A DNA stretch of 64,000 nt from Desulfobacterales bacterium (GTDB lineage Bacteria; Desulfobacterota; Desulfobacteria; Desulfobacterales; UBA5616), in the NCBI GenBank assembly GCA_046483495.1, contig JAWODC010000092.1, positions 64,001 through 128,000 on the forward strand, read 5' to 3'. Positions 42,272-52,160 of the stretch are shown one piece after another. The first letter of the stretch is position 1. Every line of letters begins with the position of its first letter. A model generated the notes under the pieces. That model had not been told where the DNA came from, searched no databases, and worked only from the letters and a program-made list of their open reading frames with translations. The position numbers and the translations under genes were made by a program.

Positions 42272-43039
42272 GTGTTGCGCAGTTTGAAAGAATTATACAA
42301 CTATGTTCTGTCCGCTGAAGACGGAGATATCGGAAGGTGCAAGGATTTTCTGTTTGATGACCGCTTCTGGACGATTCGGTACATGGTTGCGGACACCGCC
42401 AAATGGCTTCCGGGGAAAAAAGTGCTGATATCCCCTATTTCCCTTGCCTCTCCTGACTGGCGAAGCCGGCGATTGCCGGTCAAATTAACCAAGGACCGTA
42501 TCAAGGGGGCGCCGGAGCTGGATGAAGATGCACCCGTGAGTCGACAGCACGAAATTCGATGGACGAAATACTATGGATGGCCTTTTTACTGGCAGGGTCC
42601 GGGGGCTTGGGGGTATGTCGATTACCCGTATTCCATGTACGTGCAGCGGCAGGTCCAGGAAAATGTGCAACACCGAGAAGAAGAAACGGAAAAACACGAG
42701 CGGGATCAGCACCTGCGGTCGGCCAGGGAGGTCACCGGGTATCATATTCAGGCCGTGGACACCGACATCGGCCATGTGGAGGATTTTATACTGGATGATG
42801 AGACATGGACCATCCGATATATGGTGGTTGATACACGCAATTTTCTTCCCGGCCGCAACGTGTTGATCACGCCGGATTGGATAGAATCCGTGGATTGGGC
42901 CTTGAGCGAAGTCAGTGTCGATGTTCCCGCTGAAGCCGTTAAAAACAGTCCGCCCTACGATCCCAAAATTCCTGTCAATCGCGAATATGAAGTCCGGCTG
43001 TATGATTATTACGGCCGGCCTGTCTACTGGCGGGAGTAG
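42272..43039 (+). CDS. Tandem PRC-barrel domain protein
   Basis: DGDIG..DFLFDDRFWTIRYMV, repeated twice; LYDYYGRP. Confidence 0.9.
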   Translation: MLRSLKELYNYVLSAEDGDIGRCKDFLFDDRFWTIRYMVADTAKWLPGKKVLISPISLASPDWRSRRLPVKLTKDRIKGAPELDEDAPVSRQHEIRWTKYYGWPFYWQGPGAWGYVDYPYSMYVQRQVQENVQHREEETEKHERDQHLRSAREVTGYHIQAVDTDIGHVEDFILDDETWTIRYMVVDTRNFLPGRNVLITPDWIESVDWALSEVSVDVPAEAVKNSPPYDPKIPVNREYEVRLYDYYGRPVYWRE

Positions 43040-43212
43040 GCATGGGTCAGGGTCGGTGCTGCCGTTTCAACCGCCAGTGCCGATGGGGTTGTTCGGCTTT
43101 GATTCGCTTCACTATCGTTTCGGTAAGATCTCGAAACGGAATAGGCGACCAAGGCCATGGCCAAAATAAAAAGAAGGCCCAGTAAAAGATATAACAGCTT
43201 CCTTTTTGTCAT
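43024..43212 (-). CDS. Small membrane/secreted protein, 62 aa
   Basis: RBS AAGGGGG; basic N-terminus plus hydrophobic helix. Confidence 0.45.
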   Translation of the reverse strand: MTKRKLLYLLLGLLFILAMALVAYSVSRSYRNDSEANQSRTTPSALAVETAAPTLTHAYSRQ

Positions 43213-43315
43213 AAAACCCCCTTAAACCGCCCTTCCTACGGGCTTTTTATTAACGTTTATAAAAAACGGTTACGCTGAATGGTCCCCTGACATGACGTCA
43301 AGGCCATTGATCGGC

Positions 43316-43341
43316 CCGATCCGCCTTTTACGGCGGATCGG
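43316..43341. terminator. Hairpin downstream of degP
   Basis: CCGATCCGCC-TTTTAC-GGCGGATCGG. Confidence 0.65.
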
Positions 43342-43357
43342 ACTTCGCGGAAAACGC

Positions 43358-44803
43358 TTATTGGATTTGCAGCGTACGATATTGGGTGTTCCCGTCCCGA
43401 TTCACCAGAAGCAGAATATGTTCTCCGGATTCGAGCTTTTTTACTTTTTCGAGTAGATCATCGACACTCCGAACAGGATCCTGCTCGGCCTCCACGATAA
43501 CGTCCCCGACCCTCAGGCCGGCCTCTGCCGCAGGTGATCCGGGGACCACCTGCAAAACGGCGACCCCCGAGGATACGGGCAAATTGAATCTTGCGGCAAG
43601 TTCCGGAGTGACATCCTGCACCCCCATTCCCAGTCGGGGTGTTTCTCGATCCTTTTGGGTTCGACCGGCTCTTTCGGTTTCCGTCTCGAGTTCGCCGACT
43701 TCCACGGTGACCTGCCGGGACGTGCCGTCTCTGATCATTTCGACCTCGACTCTTTTGCCGACTTCGGTGTTGGCGACGACTTTCGGCAGGTCAGCCATTT
43801 CCTCGATTTCCGTACCGGCAAATGACTTGATCACATCGCCACGTCGGATTCCGGCTTTATCCGCCGGTCCACCCTCCGTAACATCGGAAACCAATGCCCC
43901 CTTACCTGCTTCCAAGTTCAGCTTTTGCCGGATTTCGGGGGTGATTTCTTGAATCAGCACCCCGAGCCATCCCCTGACGACTTTACCCTTTTTTAGCTGG
44001 GGAAGAATACTTTTGGCCGTATCGATGGGGACGGCGAATCCTATGCCGATATTTCCGCCGGATCTGGAAAAAATGGCGGTATTGATGCCGATGACCTCAC
44101 CATCGATATTCAAAAGTGGACCGCCGCTGTTCCCCGGATTGATAGAGGCATCTGTTTGGATGAAATCTTCATACGCACTGGTGCCGATTCGCCGATATTT
44201 CGCGCTCACAATTCCTGCAGTAACCGTATTGCCGAGTCCGAACGGACTTCCGATAGCCACAACCCAATCTCCCACTTCCACTTTTTCCGAATTTCCCAAT
44301 GGCACTTCCGGCAACTTTTCCTCTGCGTTTATCCGGATAAGCGCCAGGTCGGTCAATTCGTCCATTCCCACGATTTCGGCGTCGAAATTGCGGCCGTCGG
44401 AAAGCGTTACCTCGATTTCCGTTGTTTTTCTCACCACGTGGGAATTGGTGATAATCAGCCCTTCAGAATCGATGATAAAACCGCTTCCAAGGCTTCTTTG
44501 TTTGAACTCGCGAGGCATTTGATCTCCAAAAAACCTTTCGAAGAACTCGTTGAACGGATCACCCGGCCCGAAGGGGCTTTCCGGGATATTTTGAGAAGCG
44601 ACGACCTTGACGGCACTGATGTTCACGACGGACTCACCGACCTCCTTTACAAGACTGGAAAAACTGCCGGGATCAGGGCGGACCTGAGCGACAGCAGCGG
44701 TAATGACAACAGGATCTCCTGTCCCCATGGGAATGGCACTGACCGTCATACAAAGGATAAATGCAATGCCGAATGTCAACAGCGGTGTTAATTTATGTTT
44801 CAT
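43358..44803 (-). CDS. degP: Periplasmic serine protease Do (DegP/DegQ)
   Basis: GSGFII, TNSHV, TDLAL, QTDASINPGNSGGPL, two PDZ domains. Confidence 0.94.
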   Translation of the reverse strand: MKHKLTPLLTFGIAFILCMTVSAIPMGTGDPVVITAAVAQVRPDPGSFSSLVKEVGESVVNISAVKVVASQNIPESPFGPGDPFNEFFERFFGDQMPREFKQRSLGSGFIIDSEGLIITNSHVVRKTTEIEVTLSDGRNFDAEIVGMDELTDLALIRINAEEKLPEVPLGNSEKVEVGDWVVAIGSPFGLGNTVTAGIVSAKYRRIGTSAYEDFIQTDASINPGNSGGPLLNIDGEVIGINTAIFSRSGGNIGIGFAVPIDTAKSILPQLKKGKVVRGWLGVLIQEITPEIRQKLNLEAGKGALVSDVTEGGPADKAGIRRGDVIKSFAGTEIEEMADLPKVVANTEVGKRVEVEMIRDGTSRQVTVEVGELETETERAGRTQKDRETPRLGMGVQDVTPELAARFNLPVSSGVAVLQVVPGSPAAEAGLRVGDVIVEAEQDPVRSVDDLLEKVKKLESGEHILLLVNRDGNTQYRTLQIQ

Positions 44804-44890
44804 GATGCTTCCTCCTAACCGGGCGTAATCGGATATAATACGGTATTTCTATAATATTCATAATAAAATCATTTTTTTTCTGTAATGAAC

Positions 44891-44908
44891 ATCGGGTAAA
44901 TCCCGTAT
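44891..44908. promoter_or_regulatory. 18-bp box (strong copy) upstream of degP
   Basis: ATCGGGTAAATCCCGTAT, ~88 bp from the ATG. Confidence 0.6.
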
Positions 44909-45360
44909 TCGACTGAGGTTCATGAAGCATTTATGGTTCTGCACGACCGATCGGGCCGAATAAAAACCGGGTTCCCGATTGAGATATTTCCTAGTGAGGC
45001 CCTCGTTTAAACAGGATGCGAGTAGACAGTGTGGATTCATGCGGTATGAATTACGCTATATGTTGTATTTTATGAACCGGATGCCGATGAAGATGCTTTG
45101 AGAAATAAATCAGTAAATATCCATTTATTCCTGATGTTCAATTTGCCGGATCAATGGTATGTTAATCAAAACATTGAAAACAAGGTATAAAACTGTTGCT
45201 TTTTTCCGTGAATTCAAATGCGTTTTACCGTTCATGGAATGCAGCATATGAGTGCAGGAAAATCAATCGGCAAAAAGTGCATATGAAAACCGCAGTCAAC
45301 GGGAAGACAAATCCCGTATGCGGCGTGTGGAAAGAAACGGAAAAAAACACGGAACCCATC

Positions 45361-46029
45361 ATGAAAAACAAGCATCGGGTAATGATAGCGGAAGATCACG
45401 ATATCGTGCGCCAGGCGCTGCGGTATATGATCACCAACCGATTTAAGGAAGTGGATGTGGTGGCGGAGGCGAAAGACGGCCTGGAAGCTATCAAGTTTAT
45501 CCGGAAATATCATCCGGATATTCTGGTCCTCGATATCAGCATGCCGAAACTTGACGGTTTCTCCGTTATCGATGCGATTCGGCATTTCAGTGAAAACATA
45601 AAAATAATCATTCTGACCATCCATAAAAATGAAGAATATATTCGCACGGCCTTTAAATACGGCATAAATGCGTATTGCCTGAAATCCTCCTCATTCGATG
45701 AACTGGCAATGGCTATACGGATGACGTTGTCCGGGAAACGCTTCATTACACCGGAGATTTCCAAAAATGTATTGAACGGATACTTGGAAAATGCCGACGA
45801 CATCGAAAAGGTAAAAGAGAAGACCATATGGGACAATATTTCACAGCGCGAACGGGAAGTGCTGAAATTGGTCGGAGAAGGGTATAAAAACAGAGAAATC
45901 GCAGATTACCTGTGCATCAGTTTAAAAACGGTTGAAAAGCACAGATCGAACATCATGAAAAAGCTGAATATGCACACCTCCAGCGCTCTGGCAGCTTATG
46001 CCGCAAAAAAGAACCTGGTTACGTTTTAG
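45361..46029 (+). CDS. NarL/FixJ-family response regulator
   Basis: MIAEDH, LDISMP, ISQREREV, ISLKTVEKHRSNIMKKL. Confidence 0.95.
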   Translation: MKNKHRVMIAEDHDIVRQALRYMITNRFKEVDVVAEAKDGLEAIKFIRKYHPDILVLDISMPKLDGFSVIDAIRHFSENIKIIILTIHKNEEYIRTAFKYGINAYCLKSSSFDELAMAIRMTLSGKRFITPEISKNVLNGYLENADDIEKVKEKTIWDNISQREREVLKLVGEGYKNREIADYLCISLKTVEKHRSNIMKKLNMHTSSALAAYAAKKNLVTF

Positions 46030-46599
46030 AACCTGGTTACGGTTTTAATTGTTGGCGTTCACAAACCCCCGAAAGCGAATTTTAAATCGAAAAAACGAAC
46101 AATTCGAACAAAAGGAAGCGCTTACACGGGCGATGTGTATAGATATTACTTGCATTTTCAACAATTTTCTGCGATATATTATAAGTATAAAAACGTTAGA
46201 CTCACCAACGTAATCCAATACTGCAGCACCTGAAATAATTATTGAAATTCACCGTTTCGATTTGGGTTGTATTTAAACCCTGATACCCGTTTCGCAATTT
46301 TATGATGAATTCAGCCCGGTGAGGCTCCCATGTGAATCCCGGATGCGAACATGAGGAATTGGGAACCGGCCGATCTTAAAAAAAGGCTGATTCGGGCGTT
46401 CATCGAGCGTCTGTTCTCGAAGCGCTTTTAAGTTTCCTTTCGCACTGCGGCTGTACGGATACTTGCACGGCAAGGCGGAAAGATGAAAAAATCGGATTTC
46501 GAATGCTTCGTGGAAAACCAATGCCCGAGGCTACGGCCACTGCATCGGCCATAAAAAATTCCTTGGTTTTTTTAGAGGAAATAACCGAGGATTATTCAA

Positions 46600-47325
46600 A
46601 TGGGAAATAAACACAAAGCGGACGTCGGAAATGCCGGGTTGAATGCCGCCAAGCAAAAAAAAACGAGGGTGTTTTTGGTCGACGATCATCGTGTCGTGGT
46701 GGAAGGCATTCGCAACTACCTTGCCGATAAAGGGGACTTCGAGGTAATCGGCTATTCCATTGACGGCAGGGATGCTGTCAGACAGGTCAGGGCGCTGAAG
46801 CCCGACATAGTTATCATGGATGTGTTCATGCCGAATTTCAACGGCGTCGAAGCTGCTTATGAAATCACCAAGTCCGGACTGCCGACAAAAATCGTCGCTT
46901 ACACCATGTCTTCCGATAAGGAGCATGTCCTTTCGTTTTTCCGGGCGGGCATTTCCGGATATGTTCTTAAGGAGGATGCCCTCGAAGATTTACTGCGGGC
47001 CCTGGAGGCGGTCAAGAGCGGCGGCACCTATTATTCAAGGATTGTCGACAAGCATATACGAACCCGCATGCAAAGTCTCGAACGGGGGGATGCAGCCGGT
47101 GTTACCGCGCCCGAGGACGGCATCGGACGCTTGAGTTTTCGGGAGAAGGAAATCCTGCCGATGCTGGCCGACGGAAAAAACAGCAGAGAAATCGCCGAAG
47201 TTTTGCACATCAGCCCCAAAACGGTCGAATCCCACAAGTACAATATTATGGAAAAGCTCGGTGTTTCCACAGTTGCCGCTTTAACAAAGATAGCCATTAA
47301 GGAAAAGCTGATCAAAATTGAATAA
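46600..47325 (+). CDS. NarL/FixJ-family response regulator
   Basis: LVDDH, MDVFMP, LSFREKEI, ISPKTVESHKYNIMEKL. Confidence 0.95.
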   Translation: MGNKHKADVGNAGLNAAKQKKTRVFLVDDHRVVVEGIRNYLADKGDFEVIGYSIDGRDAVRQVRALKPDIVIMDVFMPNFNGVEAAYEITKSGLPTKIVAYTMSSDKEHVLSFFRAGISGYVLKEDALEDLLRALEAVKSGGTYYSRIVDKHIRTRMQSLERGDAAGVTAPEDGIGRLSFREKEILPMLADGKNSREIAEVLHISPKTVESHKYNIMEKLGVSTVAALTKIAIKEKLIKIE

Positions 47326-47405
47326 AATTCCTGCCCGATCTACTGCATTTTACCGACCGAGATGCCTTTTGCGCAGGCCTGATTGCATTTATGTGTTGAT
47401 GATCC

Positions 47406-48170
47406 ATGCATAGACATCTTCCCCTCAGGGTAATGACGTATAACATCCACAGCTGCATCAATATACGGCGGAAAAGCGATATCAATGCCATTGCGGATAT
47501 AATTTCACCGCGATCCCCCGATGTGGTGGCGCTTCAGGAGGTGGATGTTCGAAAGAAGAGGACCGGTCGAATCGATCAGGTCGGCATAATCGCCGAACGC
47601 CTCGGAATGACGCCTGAATTCTATCCTCTGGTCCGGAAGGGAAACGAAGCATACGGATTAGGAATTTTGAGCCGCTTGCCGGTCGAAGTCATTAAATGCG
47701 GTCGCCTGCCTGCGAGGAATCCACAGGGAGGTTCGGAACCCCGGGGGGCGATGTGGATTCGAATTGAAGCGCCCGGCGGGATGGTGAATTTTGTCAACAC
47801 CCATTTAGGGTTGACGCCCAAAGATCGATTTCTTCAAATTCGGGCACTGTTTGGAAAAGAATGGGGCCTGGGCATTCCTGAGAATCAACCCGTGATTTTC
47901 TGCGGTGATTTCAATGCCGGCGTTCGGTCAGCGGTGTACCGAAAAATTACTTCATGCCTGTTGGACGTTCAGAAGCAGGCAAAACAATCCGGGTATCCGA
48001 AGGCAACTTTCTTTTCCATGTACCCGATGGTCCGCATCGATCATATTTTCATTTCCAAGCATCTGCATCCGGTCTTCGTGGAAGTGCCTTCCGCTCTCAA
48101 AGCCAGGACAGCTTCCGATCACCTGCCGGTTTTCGCAGAACTGACGTTTGCAAAAAAAGTTCACCTCTAG
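47406..48170 (+). CDS. Endonuclease/exonuclease/phosphatase family protein
   Basis: MTYNIH, ALQEVD, NTHLG, GDFN, IDHIF, SDHLP. Confidence 0.93.
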   Translation: MHRHLPLRVMTYNIHSCINIRRKSDINAIADIISPRSPDVVALQEVDVRKKRTGRIDQVGIIAERLGMTPEFYPLVRKGNEAYGLGILSRLPVEVIKCGRLPARNPQGGSEPRGAMWIRIEAPGGMVNFVNTHLGLTPKDRFLQIRALFGKEWGLGIPENQPVIFCGDFNAGVRSAVYRKITSCLLDVQKQAKQSGYPKATFFSMYPMVRIDHIFISKHLHPVFVEVPSALKARTASDHLPVFAELTFAKKVHL

Positions 48171-48216
48171 CAGATTAATTCACCCGTGCATACCGGTCCA
48201 ACTGCAAACGATAGGG

Positions 48217-48522
48217 TTAATCACCGATTTTTCTGAAAATTTCCTCGACCTCATCCTGCCCTTTTTTGTAGAAACCGTCCTCGTCGGGCGCCAATGCCTT
48301 TAAGAGCGTCAGAAATTCACCTACATGTTCTTTTTCTTCATTGGCGATGTCGACAAGCACGGCCTTGGCCTTCTTATTGTCCGTTGCTTGGGCCAGCTGC
48401 ATGTAAAGCTGAATGGCTTCAAATTCCGCCGCTATACTGAAGCGAATGGCTCGAATCAGTTCCTGATCCGTTACCTTGCGGTCCAGGTTATTTCCGGCAA
48501 ACGGTTGGGCAAATTCAGGCAT
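48217..48522 (-). CDS. Short ferritin-like (rubrerythrin/EncFtn-like) protein
   Basis: RBS GGAGGA; AEFEAIQLY, DIANEEKEHVGEF di-iron motifs. Confidence 0.88.
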   Translation of the reverse strand: MPEFAQPFAGNNLDRKVTDQELIRAIRFSIAAEFEAIQLYMQLAQATDNKKAKAVLVDIANEEKEHVGEFLTLLKALAPDEDGFYKKGQDEVEEIFRKIGD

Positions 48523-48628
48523 GTACTCCTCCAATCCGAAAACGAGTTTCAACAAAATTGACTTCCTCGGAGCGGGTTCGTAACCGGTGCTCTTTGGCCA
48601 TTTATAAAGGCGGAATCGATGGTTTTCC

Positions 48629-48646
48629 ATAGGGTTCATCCTGTAT
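48629..48646. promoter_or_regulatory. 18-bp box (strong copy) upstream of the ferritin-like gene
   Basis: ATAGGGTTCATCCTGTAT. Confidence 0.65.
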
Positions 48647-48759
48647 TTGCTTCCGGCGGGGTATTCAAAGCTTCTCCACCATGCTGCTGATCACGGTTAA
48701 GCGTTCAAAATGCCGCCAAAAGCGGAAAAGCCCCCGTTACCATGAGGTCGGCAGAGGGA

Positions 48760-48777
48760 ATAGGGGATTTTTGGTAT
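48760..48777. promoter_or_regulatory. 18-bp box (weak copy) upstream of the Mth938-like gene
   Basis: ATAGGGGATTTTTGGTAT, ~92 bp before the ATG. Confidence 0.45.
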
Positions 48778-48868
48778 TTATGATGCCCTGATAGTCATGT
48801 AAATTTTTGAAGTCGAATCATTCTGTTTTTGGGCATGAAAGCCTGAAATTGCCTTGCCGGGAGGAGAT

Positions 48869-49210
48869 ATGATCGAAGATTATACACAGGGACGGATTCG
48901 AATCGATGGAAAGAGCTATGATGAGGATATCAAAATCATTGAAAAGAAGGTAAAACCCCACTGGTGGCGGAGAGAGGGGCACCGGCTGGAGAAGGCGGAT
49001 ATCGGTGATGTTTTCAAGGCCCGTCCGGATATTCTTGTTGTCGGAACCGGCTATGCACAGCAAATGAAAGTTTCCGAAGATGTTCTATCGCATGCCCGGG
49101 ATAACGGCATGCGTGTGATTTCCGAGTCCACGCCCTCTGCAGTGAAGACCTTTAATCGCATTTTGGCGGAGGGGGGGGAGGTGGCGGGAGTGTTCCACCT
49201 AACCTGCTAG
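48869..49210 (+). CDS. Mth938-like (DUF498) protein
   Basis: PDILVVGTG, TPSAVKTFN, C-terminal FHLTC. Confidence 0.88.
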   Translation: MIEDYTQGRIRIDGKSYDEDIKIIEKKVKPHWWRREGHRLEKADIGDVFKARPDILVVGTGYAQQMKVSEDVLSHARDNGMRVISESTPSAVKTFNRILAEGGEVAGVFHLTC

Positions 49211-49352
49211 TGGCCGTCCGGAAGGGGCATCTTTTGATCCGGAGCGGCGTTTTCGCCTTTTTGAAGTCCTCAAAATAGCAGACTATTCCTGCGGCTTCAA
49301 AAAGAGCTCATGCCTTGCTCCGGACCAAAAGCCACCCCTTCCGGACGGCCAC
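49210..49352 (+). repeat. 143-bp hairpin element, divergent family member
   Basis: 18-bp terminal inverted repeat GTGGCCGTCCGGAAGGGG/CCCCTTCCGGACGGCCAC; core TCCTCAAAATAGCAGACTATTCCTGCGG. Confidence 0.88.
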
Positions 49353-49366
49353 CGGACGATTTAATT

Positions 49367-49410
49367 CGGAAGGGGCATCTTTTGATCCGGAGCGGCGTTT
49401 TCGCCTTTTT
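49367..49410 (+). repeat. 44-bp direct duplicate of the element's left arm (49219-49262)
   Basis: CGGAAGGGGCATCTTTTGATCCGGAGCGGCGTTTTCGCCTTTTT repeated. Confidence 0.9.
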
Positions 49411-49424
49411 TCCGGGGACACCGC

Positions 49425-50111
49425 TTATCCTTCTGAACTCTCGCGGGTCATTCGATCTCTTAACCAGCGCAAGAGAAGAACCGCAACAATGAGCAGGCCG
49501 AAAAAGGCGCCGATATTCTTTAAGCCGGGGTTTTTTATGGCGGTGACGAGCCGGTCTGCCAGAATCATGGCGGCCGTGATTCCCGGTGCAAGGCCGATAA
49601 GGGTGCCCAAAAAGAAACTTTTAAAATCCAGCCTCATTGCGCCCGCGATGACATTGACAATGCTGTAGGGTGCAACCGGAAGGTTTCGAATGGCTGCGAC
49701 GGTAAGGATGCCCTGGTTTGCCGACAAACGTCGAAGTTTCTCGATTCGATCGCCGGTCATCCGTTGAACGGTTTTATTTCCCAGGAGAATGCCCACCCAA
49801 TACGTGGCGACGGCGTTTAGCAGACTGCCCGCCATGGCGATAACTCCGCCTAAAATCGGTTCGAATACCAGAGCGGTGACACCGATTAGAAACGTGATCG
49901 GTATTACGACAAATCCACCGATAACATATGCGGCCAACGCGATAAGCGGCAAAAAAGGATTTCCGCTGATTTTGCGGGCCCAATAATTCATATTTTCGAC
50001 GCTGATCCATTCCGAAAGTGCGGTCAACTGCCAGGCAGCCGCAAGTGCGATCAAAACAGCGAGTGCGGCGGCTCCCAGCCATAGCGATTTCTTGTCTTGT
50101 TTTTTGGGCAT
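49425..50111 (-). CDS. TVP38/TMEM64 (VTT/DedA-like) membrane protein
   Basis: IRNLPVAPYSIVN, FFLGTLIGLAPG. Confidence 0.88.
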   Translation of the reverse strand: MPKKQDKKSLWLGAAALAVLIALAAAWQLTALSEWISVENMNYWARKISGNPFLPLIALAAYVIGGFVVIPITFLIGVTALVFEPILGGVIAMAGSLLNAVATYWVGILLGNKTVQRMTGDRIEKLRRLSANQGILTVAAIRNLPVAPYSIVNVIAGAMRLDFKSFFLGTLIGLAPGITAAMILADRLVTAIKNPGLKNIGAFFGLLIVAVLLLRWLRDRMTRESSEG

Positions 50112-50268
50112 CGAGGATTACATTTCCACATTGATCAACATGGTTTCCAAAGGCGGTTTGAACCTCTATCGAGGCCCGACAGCGAATGGACCGGATTATG
50201 TTACATATCGGCGGTATATATGTTCATCGACATGTTTTTAAGTCGGTTCGGGACCGGGAAAAAGCCCT

Positions 50269-51876
50269 TCAGGAAAGCTTCGCACCGATGAGCTTCGTTA
50301 TCTGAGCGTTTTTTAATGCATATGCTTCCGAGAGGATACGATGCAGGGTATCATCCTCTGAAAATCGGGTGTCGATGCTGATATTGTGATCCGGGTCCTG
50401 TTCGGAAACCGGATCGAAATGCGCCATGATATCGTCGAAGTGCATCAGCCGGGCATCGGAATCACCGTTTGGACCGGTTTCGCGTTTCTTCAAGCGATCT
50501 AAAAGCGTCATTCGATTTGCAGAACAATGAACAAAGATCAGGTTGGCATCCAAATCCAACGCAAGCCTTCGGGCGGCATCCCGCCACCGTATCTTGGAAA
50601 AAGTGGCATCGAGAATGGCGGATGCGCCCGATTTAAGTCGCTCCTGGGCCAGGGCGAACAAATGCGTATAGATGTGATCGCGCATGGACTCCCGGTAAAT
50701 ACCGGTGCCGTAAGGAACGGACCGCTTCTCGGATACCGGCATCTCTTGCTTCCGAACGAGGTCGGACCGGAAAACGGGAAAAAGAAGGGAGTCGCCGGTG
50801 CAGCGGGCCATGGTGGATTTGCCCGAAGCGGGCGGTCCGAAAAATACCCATAATGTGGGACGCCCGAACAGAAGGCAATAGTGGAAAGCCTGATCAAAAT
50901 ATCGATGGATCTCGCTAAGCAAGAATCGCCTGCGGTTTTCCGAAGCTCCCCGCAACGAAAGGCAGCAGACCTTTACTCTTACAAGGGCACGGTAGGCGCA
51001 ATAGTAGTCGATCAGGGCATAGAGCATTCGGTCATCCGCATGTGCCGCATAGGTCTTCAAAATCTCCCGCCCGAGTTCGGCGTGCCCGAGGTGATCGAGT
51101 TCCATATAAAGAAATGCGAGGTCCAGTACGGTATCCCCGTAGCGGAACCGATCGTTGAACTCGATGCAGTCGATGATCTGAAGACCCCCGTAAAAATAAA
51201 TATGCTCCGGCCTCAAATCCCCATGCCCGTCCCGAATTCTGCCGGTTTGGATTCTGAGATCGAACAGCGATTCATAATCGTTCAGAAAATTTCGGCTGAT
51301 CTGACATATAAATTGCCATTGTTCCCGCTCCATGTAGTCATCGACAAACGGTTCGATTTCATCGATGTTTTCTTCCAGATTATACGAGAGTGTTTCTTTT
51401 TTGCCGAATCCATCGATTTCACGGCTTCTGTCCGCGTTCTGATAAAAGCGGGACAAGCGCTGTCCGATAAAGCGGCACTTTTCACCAATGTCCGGATCAT
51501 CCGATTCCAACATGTGCTTCAGACAGCATTCATCGGGAAGCCTGCGCATTTTTACGGCATATTCCACGGGCGTTTTAGAGGGGGTCAGCGAATACTGCCC
51601 GGGGCTGATCTCATAAATGGGCACCACTTCCATATAGATGCCATGGCTGAGGCGCTGATTGAGAATGATTTCCCGGCTGCAGAAATAATGCCGGTCCGTC
51701 AGCCGGGTAAAATCCAAAAAATCGAAACGCACCGGCTTCTTGAGCTTGTAGACCCATTTTTCCGTTAAGAACACCACCGAAATATGCGTCTCGATTTGCT
51801 TTATGCTTGATTCCCCATCGGGATAAAAACCCGGTTCGGCCATGGCATTGCATATGTGTTCAAATCGCCGCGCCAT
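50269..51876 (-). CDS. Aminoglycoside-phosphotransferase-like kinase fused to AAA_33 P-loop domain (Rv2004c-like)
   Basis: ETHIS, YKLKKPV, RDGHGDLR, IDCIEFNDRFR, GPPASGKST, ILDATF, SDA. Confidence 0.92.
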   Translation of the reverse strand: MARRFEHICNAMAEPGFYPDGESSIKQIETHISVVFLTEKWVYKLKKPVRFDFLDFTRLTDRHYFCSREIILNQRLSHGIYMEVVPIYEISPGQYSLTPSKTPVEYAVKMRRLPDECCLKHMLESDDPDIGEKCRFIGQRLSRFYQNADRSREIDGFGKKETLSYNLEENIDEIEPFVDDYMEREQWQFICQISRNFLNDYESLFDLRIQTGRIRDGHGDLRPEHIYFYGGLQIIDCIEFNDRFRYGDTVLDLAFLYMELDHLGHAELGREILKTYAAHADDRMLYALIDYYCAYRALVRVKVCCLSLRGASENRRRFLLSEIHRYFDQAFHYCLLFGRPTLWVFFGPPASGKSTMARCTGDSLLFPVFRSDLVRKQEMPVSEKRSVPYGTGIYRESMRDHIYTHLFALAQERLKSGASAILDATFSKIRWRDAARRLALDLDANLIFVHCSANRMTLLDRLKKRETGPNGDSDARLMHFDDIMAHFDPVSEQDPDHNISIDTRFSEDDTLHRILSEAYALKNAQITKLIGAKLS

Positions 51877-52052
51877 ATCTTTTGTTCCAAAAATATAAAG
51901 TATTGCGCCTGAGGCGGCATTGCTGAAAAATTCATATTATTATACCATTTTCAACGTGAAGATTGAAAGAAATTTCCTGCCCGGCGGAAGCCAGGTTCAT
52001 AGCGTTCGAAAAGCCGACGGCAGATGTCACCTACCACGATGCCGACAAAAAA

Positions 52053-52070
52053 ATACATTTCATCCTTTAT
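52053..52070. promoter_or_regulatory. 18-bp box between divergent APH-AAA and VKOR genes
   Basis: ATACATTTCATCCTTTAT (14/18 to the 48629 copy), ~90 bp before the VKOR ATG. Confidence 0.5.
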
Positions 52071-52160
52071 TCAACCAGCATTTCATACATGTAAAATTGA
52101 TTACAGAGCATGTGAACCGGTGTAACGGTGAAAATATAAACGAGAGGAGGCCGTCGATTC

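Noticed and set aside
46010..46046. Short direct duplication AGAACCTGGTTACG around a regulator stop codon (similarly CGATTCACCGGAT x2 at 16232-16257)
   Set aside because: Two-unit slippage duplications with no sign of function; not CRISPR-like
48211..48228. ATAGGGTTAATCACCGAT as another regulatory box
   Set aside because: Good left half, but it overlaps a stop codon between convergent genes, so no promoter is apparent; not counted
48217..48522. Encapsulin nanocompartment system
   Set aside because: The ferritin-like protein lacks an evident C-terminal cargo-loading peptide, and no encapsulin shell gene is in the window
50881..51768. Long antisense ORFs (also 2491-3231, 25699-26511, 36091-36927, 41430-42254, 53807-54484)
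   Set aside because: Shadows of well-supported genes on the other strand, with no recognisable motifs
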